A stretch of DNA of 62,841 bases, filler included, from Candidatus Woesearchaeota archaeon (GCA_003650545.1; 12 parts of 12 records of this genome joined end to end with filler, not necessarily neighbours in it); one strand, 5' to 3'. Counted from the whole stretch's first letter, positions 39,894 to 50,721 are shown. Notes: generated from the sequence alone by a model not told the origin. Translations and numbers: made by a program.

Positions 39894-42766
39894 ATCTAAA
39901 ACAACTAGCACTGATTGTCATAGGACTCATATTCTTAGTTGGAGCTATTTCGGCTGAAATATTCCGCTCAAACGGGTGCGTAAAAGATACTCGATACGAG
40001 GATGAAATATTCCTTCAAAATTTCACGGATGTTTTGGATTGGATCAGAATACTTGATAAGCCCAAAGTATGTAATTTTGGGTCTAATCATAGTCTTAATA
40101 CAATGTACATTCGGGCTCTAATAGGTGTAGACGAATTGTATGGATGTATTCACAATTATACAATATATGGAGACATAGACCCCACGCTTGATATATACGA
40201 AATCTTGTATTATAATTCTTCCGAGATTTTTGAAACGGAAACGTGTCCGGAAACATACATATCGAAAGTATCGCCTTTTAAATACAATATAACCATAAGA
40301 CCCCACAATACACAAGGTGCTGTAAATATTAGTGTGCTTTCCGAAGAAATGATGAATTCTGTAAATTCATATATCTGGGAGAATTATACGCATCCTTATC
40401 TCTATGTTGAAGCGAAAAATCAGACTCTTAAAAAGATTGTCTATAACATAACTTCAATAGTCGAAATTTCCAAGCCATCAGTCTGTGATATTGGATATGA
40501 CTATTCCAAGAATAATATGTACTACAACGTGACACGTGAAACAATTTGGAATGGAACATCAGGTCAAATGGAAACAGAAGTATTGGCAGCCTGCGTTGAT
40601 AATATTCCGAAGTCAAAAGGGAATGGGGCATGGGAATTCAGTGCTATTGGAACTACGTATAAGGCAAAATGGATATTGAAATCGTACTACGATTGGATGC
40701 CACTTTCTGTCAAAAGTGCTTCCAATATCGAAATTGGAGGAAAATTGTATTATCATTACAATTTTCAAATAAACTTGTCTAATGAGACTATTTTGGTGCC
40801 GATTGAAATCATTCCCACGGTGGACAACGGTAAATTCATTGTTAGTGTGTCAAAGGGTTTCAATCTAGATATGGAAAATGAAGGTCAATATCTAGGATAT
40901 ATTGACCCTTATTGGAATACCTCGAAAACTAACAGAACGCCCCTTTTTGTGAATAATGTAGATTCTGTCGACCACATTCACGAACCGCTCCTCTATAACC
41001 TATCTGGTGTCTGCAATGATGTGGCACCAGCTGTCGTCTATAATTACAGCGGTACGCTTGGATTTTATCCGTTTTATAACATTAGCGGAAATGCAAACTG
41101 GAGTCCAAGCGATTGGACGCCGCCGACAGTAGATAGTGTCTATTTGCGAGTCATTGTGAACTCTACTGCTGGTGCAGGTATACACAATTGGGGAGAAGTA
41201 TATTGTGGCGGTGACCCAATAGCTTTGCCGCCATTTTTGGTTTTTTCAGATAATTTCACAGATAATAGAAATCATTGGAACTATCAAAGTACACCAACTT
41301 CAATAAACACTACAACAACAACCCTCGATATAATTCAAGATGGCTGGGGTGCGGGTGCAGCAATAAACATGACAATAGCAAATGGTACAATGTCTTTCAG
41401 ATATCTCTATATGAATACAACAGACGACGTCTATGTGAATATCGGTTGTATGGGATACCGTGAAAACGTTGGAATAATTGCATCATCACGTTGTGTCATA
41501 CCCGCATACACGCCTCAGGCACCTGCTACAACAATTATTTCAAACAATTCTCAGTCATGGATTGCAACATCATCATATCTGGATTACGAAACGTCTCGAT
41601 ATAGGTTCTATTCTGACGGAATCAATAATACCCTCTGGAATTATAATGAAACTGCGCCACACACTGGAAACTTATCCATTAAATGGGCTGGTTGGGCAAT
41701 GGATACATCTATTGGATTTGAAACGAGATATGATGAGGGCGGACCAGTAGTCTTGCGGGCAAAAATCGATGATTTTGCATTCGTGTGGTCGGGTCTTACA
41801 CCCTTGGTCTATGCGTTCACGTATAACCAATCCGCTTCGACGGTCACAGGTACAACGGAGGAAAGTGGTATAACGAATCTAATTTTGCCCAAAAATACAA
41901 CATATAATTCAACATCACGGGAATTCAGAGTTAATGTGACAGGCGATACTTATGCTTCATATACATGCAATTATACCCTGAATGGTGTCACCAACTCAAC
42001 TAATTTTACCGTCGTGAATGGTACAAATTATTCTGTCGACTGGACTCTGGATTTGTTAGGTTATAATCTTTCGACAACATGCTCAAACCAGACGACATCC
42101 ACTGCAAACGTTGTTTTTGCAATTCGGCAATTGGTTAGTTGGGTGAACACGTCTGACGGCACAACGGTGACAAAGTCAGCAATAAACGCGACCAATTGTA
42201 CAGCTAGCATATTGGGTTCACCCCTCTGGGTAAATTTCACAATATATAATTCAAGCGGTTATGCAGTCGTGAATAATGTGAATGGAACCCTATATGCTGA
42301 TGGAAACTGGTCTTCTATCAACTTCACGCCTGACGCGATAGGTATCTGGTCTTGCAATATAAGTGTGTACGACGGGACTGATATAATCACTAATAGTACA
42401 CAATTTTCAGTTGTCGGGTCAAACGCACCCAATATAAGTTCCATAAATACTAACAGAGGTTTGTCATTTGTTTTAAATTCGGACAATACGACATATTGCA
42501 AAGCTATTGTCACAGACGCTGATGGCAATGACACTATACAGTGGGTCAATTTCACGGTGAAAAACCCTGCTAGTGTAAACGTGATATCAAACCTTAATGG
42601 CACTAATATTTCAGAATCAGTCTGGATTTCCCAGAATTTCACACCTAGTACTATTGGATTCTGGAATTGTTATGTTGTAGCCTATGACGGTCTATCGATG
42701 CCGAATAATAATATCAATTTTGAAGTGATATCTTCAGGCGATGGCGGAGGAGGCGGAGGAGGCGGA
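39890..42766 (+). CDS. Secreted archaeal surface glycoprotein with Ig-like repeats (3'-truncated)
   Basis: Signal peptide; dense sequons; two similar C-terminal modules (WVNFT...FTP..IG.W.C....YDG); ends in poly-Gly at the gap. Confidence 0.75.
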
Positions 42767-42867
42767 NNNNNNNNNNNNNNNNNNNNNNNNNNNNNNNNNN
42801 NNNNNNNNNNTTAATTAATTAANNNNNNNNNNNNNNNNNNNNNNNNNNNNNNNNNNNNNNNNNNNNG

Positions 42868-43341
42868 TTTTACATATTCACAGCTGTAATCTTATGCACA
42901 TATTTATTCAGTTTGGTGTCTGTGATTTCACAAAAAACAGAAGAAAGCGACAAGTTTGAGATATTGAAGGAAAATTACGTAAAAGAGAGTTCAGAAGCAA
43001 TAAACTCTGCAGTATACAACAAGGGTGATGTTTCAGACCAGTTAGATGATTTTAGCACGAATTTTATTGATTATGCAAAGACAAAGGGTATTGATCTGGA
43101 GATGCTGACCATAGTGGTGCAAGATGACATAGAAATAAATAATTATTTAAATGGAGAAGCACAAATAAACAATAATGTCCTCAATAAGGGACAAAATTTA
43201 ATAATAGATAAAACAGACCAGATAACTGTTGAAGCATATGGAAATGAGTATGTTTTTGATATGTCTGATGAGCCTTTGCAATTGAAAGGCATGCTAAGAA
43301 CTCAGAAAGACAGTAACATACAGGTGCACATAATACAATGA
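42868..43341 (+). CDS. Pilin-like protein (5'-truncated)
   Basis: Frame open from the gap: FYIFTAVILCTYLFSLV hydrophobic N-terminal helix; lies in the pilin cluster. Confidence 0.55.
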   Translation, partial: FYIFTAVILCTYLFSLVSVISQKTEESDKFEILKENYVKESSEAINSAVYNKGDVSDQLDDFSTNFIDYAKTKGIDLEMLTIVVQDDIEINNYLNGEAQINNNVLNKGQNLIIDKTDQITVEAYGNEYVFDMSDEPLQLKGMLRTQKDSNIQVHIIQ

Positions 43342-43358
43342 AAAAAGAGGGAATAAAC

Positions 43359-43814
43359 ATGGTTTTGTATAATAAGAGAGGCATTGCAATCTGGATGTCT
43401 TGGGTGCTGTTGATAGCATTCATGGTAGCTTTAAGTGCATTTATGAACCAGTGGATAACTGGATATTCAAGATCTACTGCAGAAGATATAGAAACAACAT
43501 ATGATGAAGAGAGCTGCACAAGGGTTGCATTGGACATATCTGGGTGTCAGGAATCAGAAAAATTGAACATTGAAGTTGAAAATAATGGTGATCTGAGCAT
43601 AGATAAGATCATATTCAGATTATATGACCTATACAGTGAGGTAGAATCAAAAGAAAAAGAGGTTGACATTAAAGCAGGCAAGACAAAATACGTAGAAGTG
43701 CTGAAACAAGGAACAATCCACATGGTAGAAAGCATACCTGTTTTAGTAAGCGATGATGCAGTGACTGTGTGCAGAAACAAGATGCATGTGTTGGAAGACA
43801 TTGAAACATGCTAA
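43359..43814 (+). CDS. Archaeal type IV pilin-like protein
   Basis: Class III signal peptide NKRG|IAIWMSWVLLIAF. Confidence 0.8.
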   Translation: MVLYNKRGIAIWMSWVLLIAFMVALSAFMNQWITGYSRSTAEDIETTYDEESCTRVALDISGCQESEKLNIEVENNGDLSIDKIIFRLYDLYSEVESKEKEVDIKAGKTKYVEVLKQGTIHMVESIPVLVSDDAVTVCRNKMHVLEDIETC

Positions 43815-43882
43815 ATAAAAAAGAGGCTGTGCGAAATAAAATTTCGCTGGCCTCAGATTAAAAAAAATCAGAGGTGAGAAAG

Positions 43883-44182
43883 ATGGCAAGGCTATCTGAA
43901 AAAAATAAAGAATTGATTGACCTGGAGCTGGAGAAATCAAGGCTAAACAGAGAAAAGAGTGTCATGGTATTGAACAAGGCATTATTCCTTTATTTCTGCT
44001 TTTTATTTGTGGGAATTATTGGCTTTATCAATAAATCTATATCTGCAGCATATCTGAATATCTTAATAGTTTTAGCTTTAATAGCTTTGATTATAGGCAT
44101 CTTTCCTTATGTAAATGTGATGCATAAGGAAGAAAGAAGGTTAAATCAATTAATATCTAAAATAAAGAGAGGTGGAAAATGA
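43883..44182 (+). CDS. Two-TM membrane protein
   Basis: GAGGTGA RBS; two hydrophobic helices. Confidence 0.7.
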   Translation: MARLSEKNKELIDLELEKSRLNREKSVMVLNKALFLYFCFLFVGIIGFINKSISAAYLNILIVLALIALIIGIFPYVNVMHKEERRLNQLISKIKRGGK

Positions 44183-44682
44183 GAATAAGAAAAAAAGCGG
44201 TTAGTCCGTTGATCGCAACTGTGCTGTTGATTGCATTTGCAGTGGCTCTTGGAGCAGTTGTGATGAACTGGGGAAGAAGTTATGTAGAAACAACAGCAGA
44301 ATATGCAGAAAGAGGGTCTGACATACAGATATTGTGCAGCAGGGACATAAATCTGAAGGTAGTGGATGGAGTAGAAAACAGTTTGTGTTATAATGACACT
44401 GAAAAACAAATAAATTTTATGCTAGAGAATGCAGGGACGATAGACATAGAGGGTCTGCAAGTAACAGTAATTGGAGCAAGCGATATTGACACAACTGACT
44501 TAGATAATGCGACAATTGAGATAGGACATATTAAGAGATTTAATGTAAACTATAACAATGACACGATGGGTGAAATATTAGAGATCAAGTTTGTTCCTAT
44601 GATAGAAACAACAACAACCCAAACATCAGTTCCATGCGCTAACTCGCCATTGAGAAAAACAGACATTACAGAGTGTGAATAA
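44179..44682 (+). CDS. Archaeal type IV pilin
   Basis: RKKA|VSPLIATVLLIAFAVALGAVV, a canonical class III signal. Confidence 0.9.
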   Translation: MRIRKKAVSPLIATVLLIAFAVALGAVVMNWGRSYVETTAEYAERGSDIQILCSRDINLKVVDGVENSLCYNDTEKQINFMLENAGTIDIEGLQVTVIGASDIDTTDLDNATIEIGHIKRFNVNYNNDTMGEILEIKFVPMIETTTTQTSVPCANSPLRKTDITECE

Positions 44683-44686
44683 ATAG

Positions 44687-45088
44687 ATGGCTAAAAAACA
44701 GACAATAGCTGTTGTTGTTTTTTTAGCTATATTCATACTCCTTGGAGCGTATATTGCAGTAAGAACAGCAGTGATATACAGGATGGGAACTGGTTTTGCA
44801 AATGAGACATCAACGTCAACAGTGCAATGTGTCGGGTATATCTATGATATCCGAAATATAGAATACAGCAACAATCTGCTGGGTTTTGACCTGCAGAACA
44901 AGCCATTCAGCAGATATGACATCGATGAGATTGTAGTGATCAGTGAAAATGACCTAAAAGAGGTCATAACCAGGACTATCATCGGAACTTCGAAAAGGAT
45001 TGAGATTGATGATTTCAGCATCAACAACACGTTTTTGGTTGCTCCTGTTGGCTGCGAGGTGTATGGAAAGGCCTACAATATAACATGA
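44687..45088 (+). CDS. Membrane-anchored pilus accessory protein
   Basis: N-terminal TM and a beta-rich domain with a Cys pair. Confidence 0.65.
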   Translation: MAKKQTIAVVVFLAIFILLGAYIAVRTAVIYRMGTGFANETSTSTVQCVGYIYDIRNIEYSNNLLGFDLQNKPFSRYDIDEIVVISENDLKEVITRTIIGTSKRIEIDDFSINNTFLVAPVGCEVYGKAYNIT

Positions 45089-45099
45089 GAGAGGTATGA

Positions 45100-45777
45100 G
45101 TGGTCAAAAAACCTAAAAAAAGAGGGCAAGTATGGATTTCAGCAGTATTGTATGTGCTGATAATAGTTGTAGCGATAACAATTATCCTGAGCACAGGCCT
45201 GCCAATATTAGAAAAGATGAAAGATAAAACAGTGTTTACACAGGCAAAGAATACTCTGTTGAATCTTGACCAATATTTCCAAAGGATAAAAGATGAGGGG
45301 CAAGGAAGCCAGAGAGTTGTTCCTGTTGAGATCAGGAAGGGCAATCTTGCCATTGAAGGAGACAAGCTATTATGGCAGCTGGAAACAGAAGCAGAAATAT
45401 TACAGCCGCGCTCTTCAATTGATATAGGAAATATCAAGATAAGCTCAAACAGCGACGTAGATACGACTGAAACAGACAGCCATTATATACTGGAAAACAG
45501 CAAGATAAGAGCGAATATTTCAAAATGTTCGTCATGTCCTGCAAACCAGCTGATTGAATCGCTTTATTTCAAGGATACCTCTACCTTGCTGGCTGGAAAT
45601 TTTTCATTTGATCTGGATGGGCAAGATCTAACAGTAAATTACACGATGATGGTCCCTGAAGGAAACAACACAAACATAGGCTCAGCAACTGTAACTGCAT
45701 ATCTGATCAACCAAACCCAAGATTTATTATTAACATTAGAAGGAGGAGCAGATTTTATCAAAATCAACTTAGAATAA
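45100..45777 (+). CDS. Minor pilin-like protein
   Basis: KKRG|QVWISAVLYVLII class III signal with Gln at +1. Confidence 0.8.
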   Translation: MVKKPKKRGQVWISAVLYVLIIVVAITIILSTGLPILEKMKDKTVFTQAKNTLLNLDQYFQRIKDEGQGSQRVVPVEIRKGNLAIEGDKLLWQLETEAEILQPRSSIDIGNIKISSNSDVDTTETDSHYILENSKIRANISKCSSCPANQLIESLYFKDTSTLLAGNFSFDLDGQDLTVNYTMMVPEGNNTNIGSATVTAYLINQTQDLLLTLEGGADFIKINLE

Positions 45778-45778
45778 A

Positions 45779-47407
45779 ATGTCACCAAAACCAATAAAAA
45801 TTATCTCTACAAAGAATGAAAAAGCAAAGCCTGCCAAGAAGGCACCAGTACCTACAAAAAAAGGCGGGTTTCAGATAGATCTGATGCCGAAACTGGTTGC
45901 GCTGCCTGATATTGAAAAGGTAGACAAGACCAAGCTTAATGTTAGATATCCTTTGCTTCCACCCTATGCTTATGCCCATCTATTTTGGAATTCTAAAAAC
46001 AAAGAATTGGTTTATTTTGTTCAAGAACCTCTGCTAAATGATACTGAAAAAGAGCTGTTGAGGCTGGTCCAGCTGGGGCTGGAGGAGATGATAAATATCA
46101 GCTTTATCAAGGCTGTTAAAAGTGCCTCAGTAATGGAATATCTTGAAAGGAATGTGCAGAGCATATTACTTGAACTTGGGACAAAAGTAAGCAAAGATAC
46201 ATACAACAAGATAATGTATTATATCTACAGAAACTCTGTTGGATTAAACCAGATAGAGTCGCTGTTAAGAGATTTTTATATAGAAGTTATAGAGTGCAAC
46301 GGTACTGGATTTCCAATATATGTTGTTCATATAAAATATGGAAACCTGAAAACAAACGTGATGATCAAGACAAAAGAAGGATTGACTGATTTTGTTGAAA
46401 AACTTGCCCAGAAATGCGGCAAATATGTGAGTTATGCTAATCCGTTATTAGATGGAAGTTTACCTGACGGAAGCAGAGTAAATGCAACATACACAGAAGA
46501 CATAACAACAAGAGGGCCGACATTTACTATCAGAAAATTTACAAAAGAACCATGGACGCCCATCAACCTGCTCGCCTACAACACCGCTTCTTCAGAAGCG
46601 TTTGCATATCTCTGGATAGCTATAGAAAACAAGATGAATATCATGACCATAGGCGAGACTGCATCAGGAAAAACAACTTTCCTAAATACTATTGCACATT
46701 TTATACCTCCTGAATCCAGGATTGTAAGCATAGAAGATACAAGAGAGGTGGCATTAGCCCACATAAACTGGCTGCCATCTGTTACGCGAGTCGGGTTTGG
46801 CATGCCTGCTGCAGGACAAAAGATAGGTGAGATAACCTTATTTGACCTGCTTAAGGAAACTTTCAGACAAAACCCTGATTATGTTATTTTGGGGGAGACA
46901 AGAGGTGAAGAGACTTATGTATTATTTCAGGGAATGGCATCAGGCCACCCTTCATTGGCCACATTCCATGCAGGCTCTGTTGACACTTTTGTAAGAAGAT
47001 TAGAGACTCCTCCGATAAACCTCCCTGCCTCACTAGTGGAAGGCCTGGATATTATCTGTGTCACAACGCACGTCAAAACACCAAAGCTTAATATAAGAAG
47101 GGTCAGGGAGATCGATGAGGTAATAGAAGTCAAGGAAAAGATTGGTGCTGTCAAGTCCAATGTCTTATTTGAGTGGAACGCTATAAAAGACAAGTTTGAT
47201 GCTTTTGGGAAATCTCATGTCTTGCAAAGCATATCAGACAGGACTGGGATATCTATGAAGGAACTTACAAAGGAATTGAAAAGAAGAGCTGAACTTCTGG
47301 AAAAGATGCACAAAAAAGGTATCTTGGGCTTAAAGGAGTTTAGTGCAGTGATAAATGAATATTACAAAGATCCTGCTGCTGTCAGGAAAAGGTTTGGGAT
47401 CAAATGA
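45779..47407 (+). CDS. Type II/IV secretion (pilus assembly) ATPase, VirB11/FlaI/TadA-like
   Basis: LPDGSRV, FTIRKF, Walker A GETASGKTT, SIEDTRE, RQNPDYVILGE, GH..LATFHA. Confidence 0.95.
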   Translation: MSPKPIKIISTKNEKAKPAKKAPVPTKKGGFQIDLMPKLVALPDIEKVDKTKLNVRYPLLPPYAYAHLFWNSKNKELVYFVQEPLLNDTEKELLRLVQLGLEEMINISFIKAVKSASVMEYLERNVQSILLELGTKVSKDTYNKIMYYIYRNSVGLNQIESLLRDFYIEVIECNGTGFPIYVVHIKYGNLKTNVMIKTKEGLTDFVEKLAQKCGKYVSYANPLLDGSLPDGSRVNATYTEDITTRGPTFTIRKFTKEPWTPINLLAYNTASSEAFAYLWIAIENKMNIMTIGETASGKTTFLNTIAHFIPPESRIVSIEDTREVALAHINWLPSVTRVGFGMPAAGQKIGEITLFDLLKETFRQNPDYVILGETRGEETYVLFQGMASGHPSLATFHAGSVDTFVRRLETPPINLPASLVEGLDIICVTTHVKTPKLNIRRVREIDEVIEVKEKIGAVKSNVLFEWNAIKDKFDAFGKSHVLQSISDRTGISMKELTKELKRRAELLEKMHKKGILGLKEFSAVINEYYKDPAAVRKRFGIK

Positions 47408-47607
47408 GTGCAGAAGAACTTAGGCAAAAACTAGACCAGGTGGTTGTAGCAGCTGAGTTCTATGATGAATTGGGTAAACAGCTCATCAAAGACAATGTTG
47501 AGCTTGAGAACGTGAAAACAAAGATGAATTTTGCCAAGCAAGAGATTTTAAAACTGCTATTGGATGCAAAGCAGCACATTGAAGAGATAATCCACGAAGG
47601 GATTTAG
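47404..47607 (+). CDS. Small coiled-coil protein
   Basis: ATGA overlap with the ATPase gene. Confidence 0.55.
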   Translation: MSAEELRQKLDQVVVAAEFYDELGKQLIKDNVELENVKTKMNFAKQEILKLLLDAKQHIEEIIHEGI

Positions 47608-47623
47608 CTGGTGGAGATTTAGG

Positions 47624-47895
47624 ATGTTGAACAAAGCAATAAAGCCTTATGTAAAAAAAATTCTAGAACTAATCGGTGAGTTTGAACAGTATTCTTCATA
47701 TAAGAAAGATTTTACAGAAAGGGTTTATAAACTGAATAATGACTATCAGCGGAAAAAGCTGGATTATTTTGAATATTCTGAAAAGCTAAAAGATATCTTA
47801 AAAGGAAAAACAACAAAAGAGTGGCAGGACTATTATAATTCTGAGATACAGTCTCTTCTGAAAGAGATTGAATATTATAATGCCCAGCTGTATTA
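47624..47895 (+). CDS. Helical N-terminus of a truncated gene, possibly the TadC/FlaJ-like platform protein
   Basis: Position after the ATPase only; the diagnostic part would lie beyond the gap. Confidence 0.4.
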
Positions 47896-48014
47896 NNNNN
47901 NNNNNNNNNNNNNNNNNNNNNNNNNNNNNNNNNNNNNNNTTAATTAATTAANNNNNNNNNNNNNNNNNNNNNNNNNNNNNNNNNNNNNNNNNNNNACATA
48001 AAACATCTATTAAA

Positions 48015-48230
48015 ATGATAGTTGATAGAAGATTCAAATGGTTGACAAACAAACAAAGAGAGATAGCAAAGATAGCTATGGAAAAGACATTTGTGAGGTT
48101 GGGCGAAATAAAAATGTTTTACAGCTCAAAAGAGCATTGGACCAGGGCATTAACTAAGTTAATTGATTTTGGGATATTAATTCCTGATAGGGAATCAGCA
48201 TCTGCTGGTATATTTACAAAATATTTGTAA
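48015..48230 (+). CDS. Small winged-helix-like protein
   Basis: LTNKQREI...ALTKLIDFGILI pattern. Confidence 0.5.
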   Translation: MIVDRRFKWLTNKQREIAKIAMEKTFVRLGEIKMFYSSKEHWTRALTKLIDFGILIPDRESASAGIFTKYL

Positions 48231-48336
48231 AAACCTGGTCCAGAGGTAGATATAGTCCAAAAAAGATTATTCTCACATCAAACTATACATGGAAAAGAAC
48301 AGAATAATCAAAATACTGTGTGTGCTTTGAAATCTG

Positions 48337-48660
48337 GTGAGAAAAATATCACCTAGTGGAATAATCGGTAGATGGGAGAAGCAAAAGACATCAATGAATA
48401 TAGTTAGGGTATTAAGACAACAATTCAACTTAGATAGGATAGAAGAGATAATACCTAAGATAAACCAATTGGTATTAGAATCTGAATCAGTTAAAAAAAT
48501 TAAAAAAGATTTAGAGAACATACGAAATGAGTTCCACAAAAAGAAAATAGGAAAAATGAGAATTATACTTGATAGGGAGAAGGTAACATCAAAAAAGCAA
48601 GGTGTGCTGTACTTTGATAAAGCATACATAGGAGAGAGGGTAATAGTCTGGAGAAAATGA
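48337..48660 (+). CDS. Hypothetical protein with a DUF2080/AbrB-like C-terminus
   Basis: REKVT....GVLYFDKAYIGERVIV resembles the swapped-hairpin pattern. Confidence 0.5.
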   Translation: MRKISPSGIIGRWEKQKTSMNIVRVLRQQFNLDRIEEIIPKINQLVLESESVKKIKKDLENIRNEFHKKKIGKMRIILDREKVTSKKQGVLYFDKAYIGERVIVWRK

Positions 48661-49025
48661 AAAAACACAAATCAATCGGTTATCCATATGATGTTTGGAA
48701 AGCAGAGAAATTATATAAGAAGAACCCCAAAGAATACAGGCAGTTATCTCTTTGGAAACAGGAGAACATTAGAATAGCTTTTTTGGACAAGGATATATCT
48801 GTTTATTTTATAGCTAGGGTATTGGGACATCATTGTGGGTATTGTTTCAAGTACCAATTAGGTACTTCTTGCAAAGATTGTCCCTTACAATGCTTGAATA
48901 AAACATGGAATGAAATGCGATGGAAGCGTATATGGATGACTAAAAGAAATAAGAAAAAAGAGTTTGCCAAACTTCACAAGAAATGGTGCAAGGAGATAGG
49001 CTTGTGGCAGGATGATTGGGAATGA
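48657..49025 (+). CDS. Basic Cys-rich hypothetical protein
   Basis: CGYC...CKDCPL.C; ATGA overlaps at both ends. Confidence 0.65.
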   Translation: MKKHKSIGYPYDVWKAEKLYKKNPKEYRQLSLWKQENIRIAFLDKDISVYFIARVLGHHCGYCFKYQLGTSCKDCPLQCLNKTWNEMRWKRIWMTKRNKKKEFAKLHKKWCKEIGLWQDDWE

Positions 49026-49348
49026 GCCAAACAAAACAATCAATCCTTAAAAAAGAATGTTGCGAAATAAATCAAAGGAGAGGCATATTTACAGAAGAGC
49101 TTGCAGAAAACCTGAAACCGAGAAGTTATGGTAATACAGAAGCTGAAAGGCAAGTATTCGATGAATAGTTAATCGTTAAATATTATGCGTAATTTTTGCT
49201 TACGCAAAAACTTAAGGTTTGGAATGGAGGTTTTAAGAAATGGGAATAAAAGATACATCATGGAACAACAAGGTAAAGATGTCTTTGAATACGACATCTT
49301 CAACTGTCCTAAGGAGCTTAAAGGACAACTAAAGATAGGTGATTTCAC

Positions 49349-49891
49349 ATGTTAGATAATAAATTTATTCTTGATGCCTGTTGTGGCGGCCGCATGATGT
49401 GGTTTAATAAGAAACATCCTAACACAATCTATATAGACATCAGAAAAGAAAAGAAAGGCCATATAGCAGCTGTTCCAAATCACGAAGTAAATCCAGATAT
49501 CGTTATGGATTTTAGAAATATGGGTTTCCCAGATAAGTCATTTAAACTTGTTGCTTGGGATGTTCCTCATCTCTTGTCTAATCGATGCGGCCAGAATGGA
49601 ATATTTAGAAAGAAGTTTGGTTGCCTTAATGCAGAAACATGGCAATCTGATTTAAAGAAAGGATTTAGTGAATGTTGGCGTGTCCTTGATGATTATGGAG
49701 TGTTGATATTTAAGTGGAACGATAGAAACATTCCTACTAAGAAAGTCCTGCAGCTGCTTCCTAAGAAGCCGCTGTTTGGTAATATATCTTCTGGAAGTAG
49801 CCATAAGAACGCAAGTAAAACTTATTGGTTCTGCTTTATGAAGATACCTAAAGCGAATATGGAGGTAAGTGGCAATTCCTCGCAGAGTTAA
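49349..49891 (+). CDS. SAM-dependent methyltransferase (phage-type, probably DNA amino-MTase)
   Basis: ILDACCGGRMMWF SAM-binding motif, DVPH in place of DPPH, GFSECWRVL...GVLIFKW. Confidence 0.85.
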   Translation: MLDNKFILDACCGGRMMWFNKKHPNTIYIDIRKEKKGHIAAVPNHEVNPDIVMDFRNMGFPDKSFKLVAWDVPHLLSNRCGQNGIFRKKFGCLNAETWQSDLKKGFSECWRVLDDYGVLIFKWNDRNIPTKKVLQLLPKKPLFGNISSGSSHKNASKTYWFCFMKIPKANMEVSGNSSQS

Positions 49892-49912
49892 AACTCTGTG
49901 TATCCTCGCCAC
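49869..49912. mobile_element. IS200/IS605-like subterminal hairpin, solo
   Basis: GTGGC-AATTCCT-CGCAGAGT-TAAA-ACTCTGTG-TATCCTC-GCCAC; the loop supplies the MTase stop codon. Confidence 0.55.
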
Positions 49913-49949
49913 GTTTTTATGAGATGTCATAAATGTAAGAACTCATTTA

Positions 49950-50186
49950 TTGGAGGTTATGGTGGTTAAGATAAAATATAAAAGATTAATCAAAGCGATA
50001 GGATATGCAAGCTTGTTTGGGGGTTATATTTGTTTTATTTATATATTCCTTTCAGCTTATCTCAATCCAATGAAAATTGTGCTAGTGGATATAAACCATT
50101 TTGGAGAGGCAACATTGGAGATGTATCTAATTGTGATTTGTATACCATTTGTAATATCATTGTTTGTAGAAAGCTTTAAAAAATGA
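49950..50186 (+). CDS. Small two-TM membrane protein
   Basis: Two hydrophobic segments; GGAGG RBS before ATG 49959. Confidence 0.6.
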   Translation: MEVMVVKIKYKRLIKAIGYASLFGGYICFIYIFLSAYLNPMKIVLVDINHFGEATLEMYLIVICIPFVISLFVESFKK

Positions 50187-50398
50187 AAATACAAGAAGCT
50201 GTGATGGAATACAATAATGCTAGGACATTGTTGGTGAAGTCATTTAGAAAACTTAACAATAGAGTTGATAATAGGACATATAATAAGATTAGATACCTAT
50301 CAAATAAAAATTCAATCTTAAAAAAGTTGAGGCAGATGGACAAGATACTGTCTACTTTCATCGCTATCGAAAAAAGCGAAAACTATATAAATAAGTAG
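50183..50398 (+). CDS. Hypothetical protein
   Basis: ATGA overlap with the upstream gene. Confidence 0.5.
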   Translation: MKIQEAVMEYNNARTLLVKSFRKLNNRVDNRTYNKIRYLSNKNSILKKLRQMDKILSTFIAIEKSENYINK

Positions 50399-50418
50399 TA
50401 ATACCTAAAGGTGATAAT

Positions 50419-50721
50419 ATGGATATTGAACCAAAATGGATTGTGTATGGTGCATTAATAATCCCAACATTATATATAGTTATGGAATGGGAATTTAGTG
50501 TATTCATATTGGTTGGTTTGGTTATGGCTGGGTTTTATTTTTTCTCAAATAACTTTATCAACAAAGATAATTCAAGATTTAATGGAAATAACATTCCTGG
50601 TCCACAGTCTCCATTGGTTTCAGAACAACAGCGTTGGGACTATAAATATGATGCAGAAACTGGACAACCAGTACCTAGGAGAACTTATGTTCCACCAAAA
50701 AGTAGGAGATGGGATAGATGA
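50419..50721 (+). CDS. Membrane protein
   Basis: Two N-terminal TMs; AGGTGA RBS. Confidence 0.65.
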   Translation: MDIEPKWIVYGALIIPTLYIVMEWEFSVFILVGLVMAGFYFFSNNFINKDNSRFNGNNIPGPQSPLVSEQQRWDYKYDAETGQPVPRRTYVPPKSRRWDR

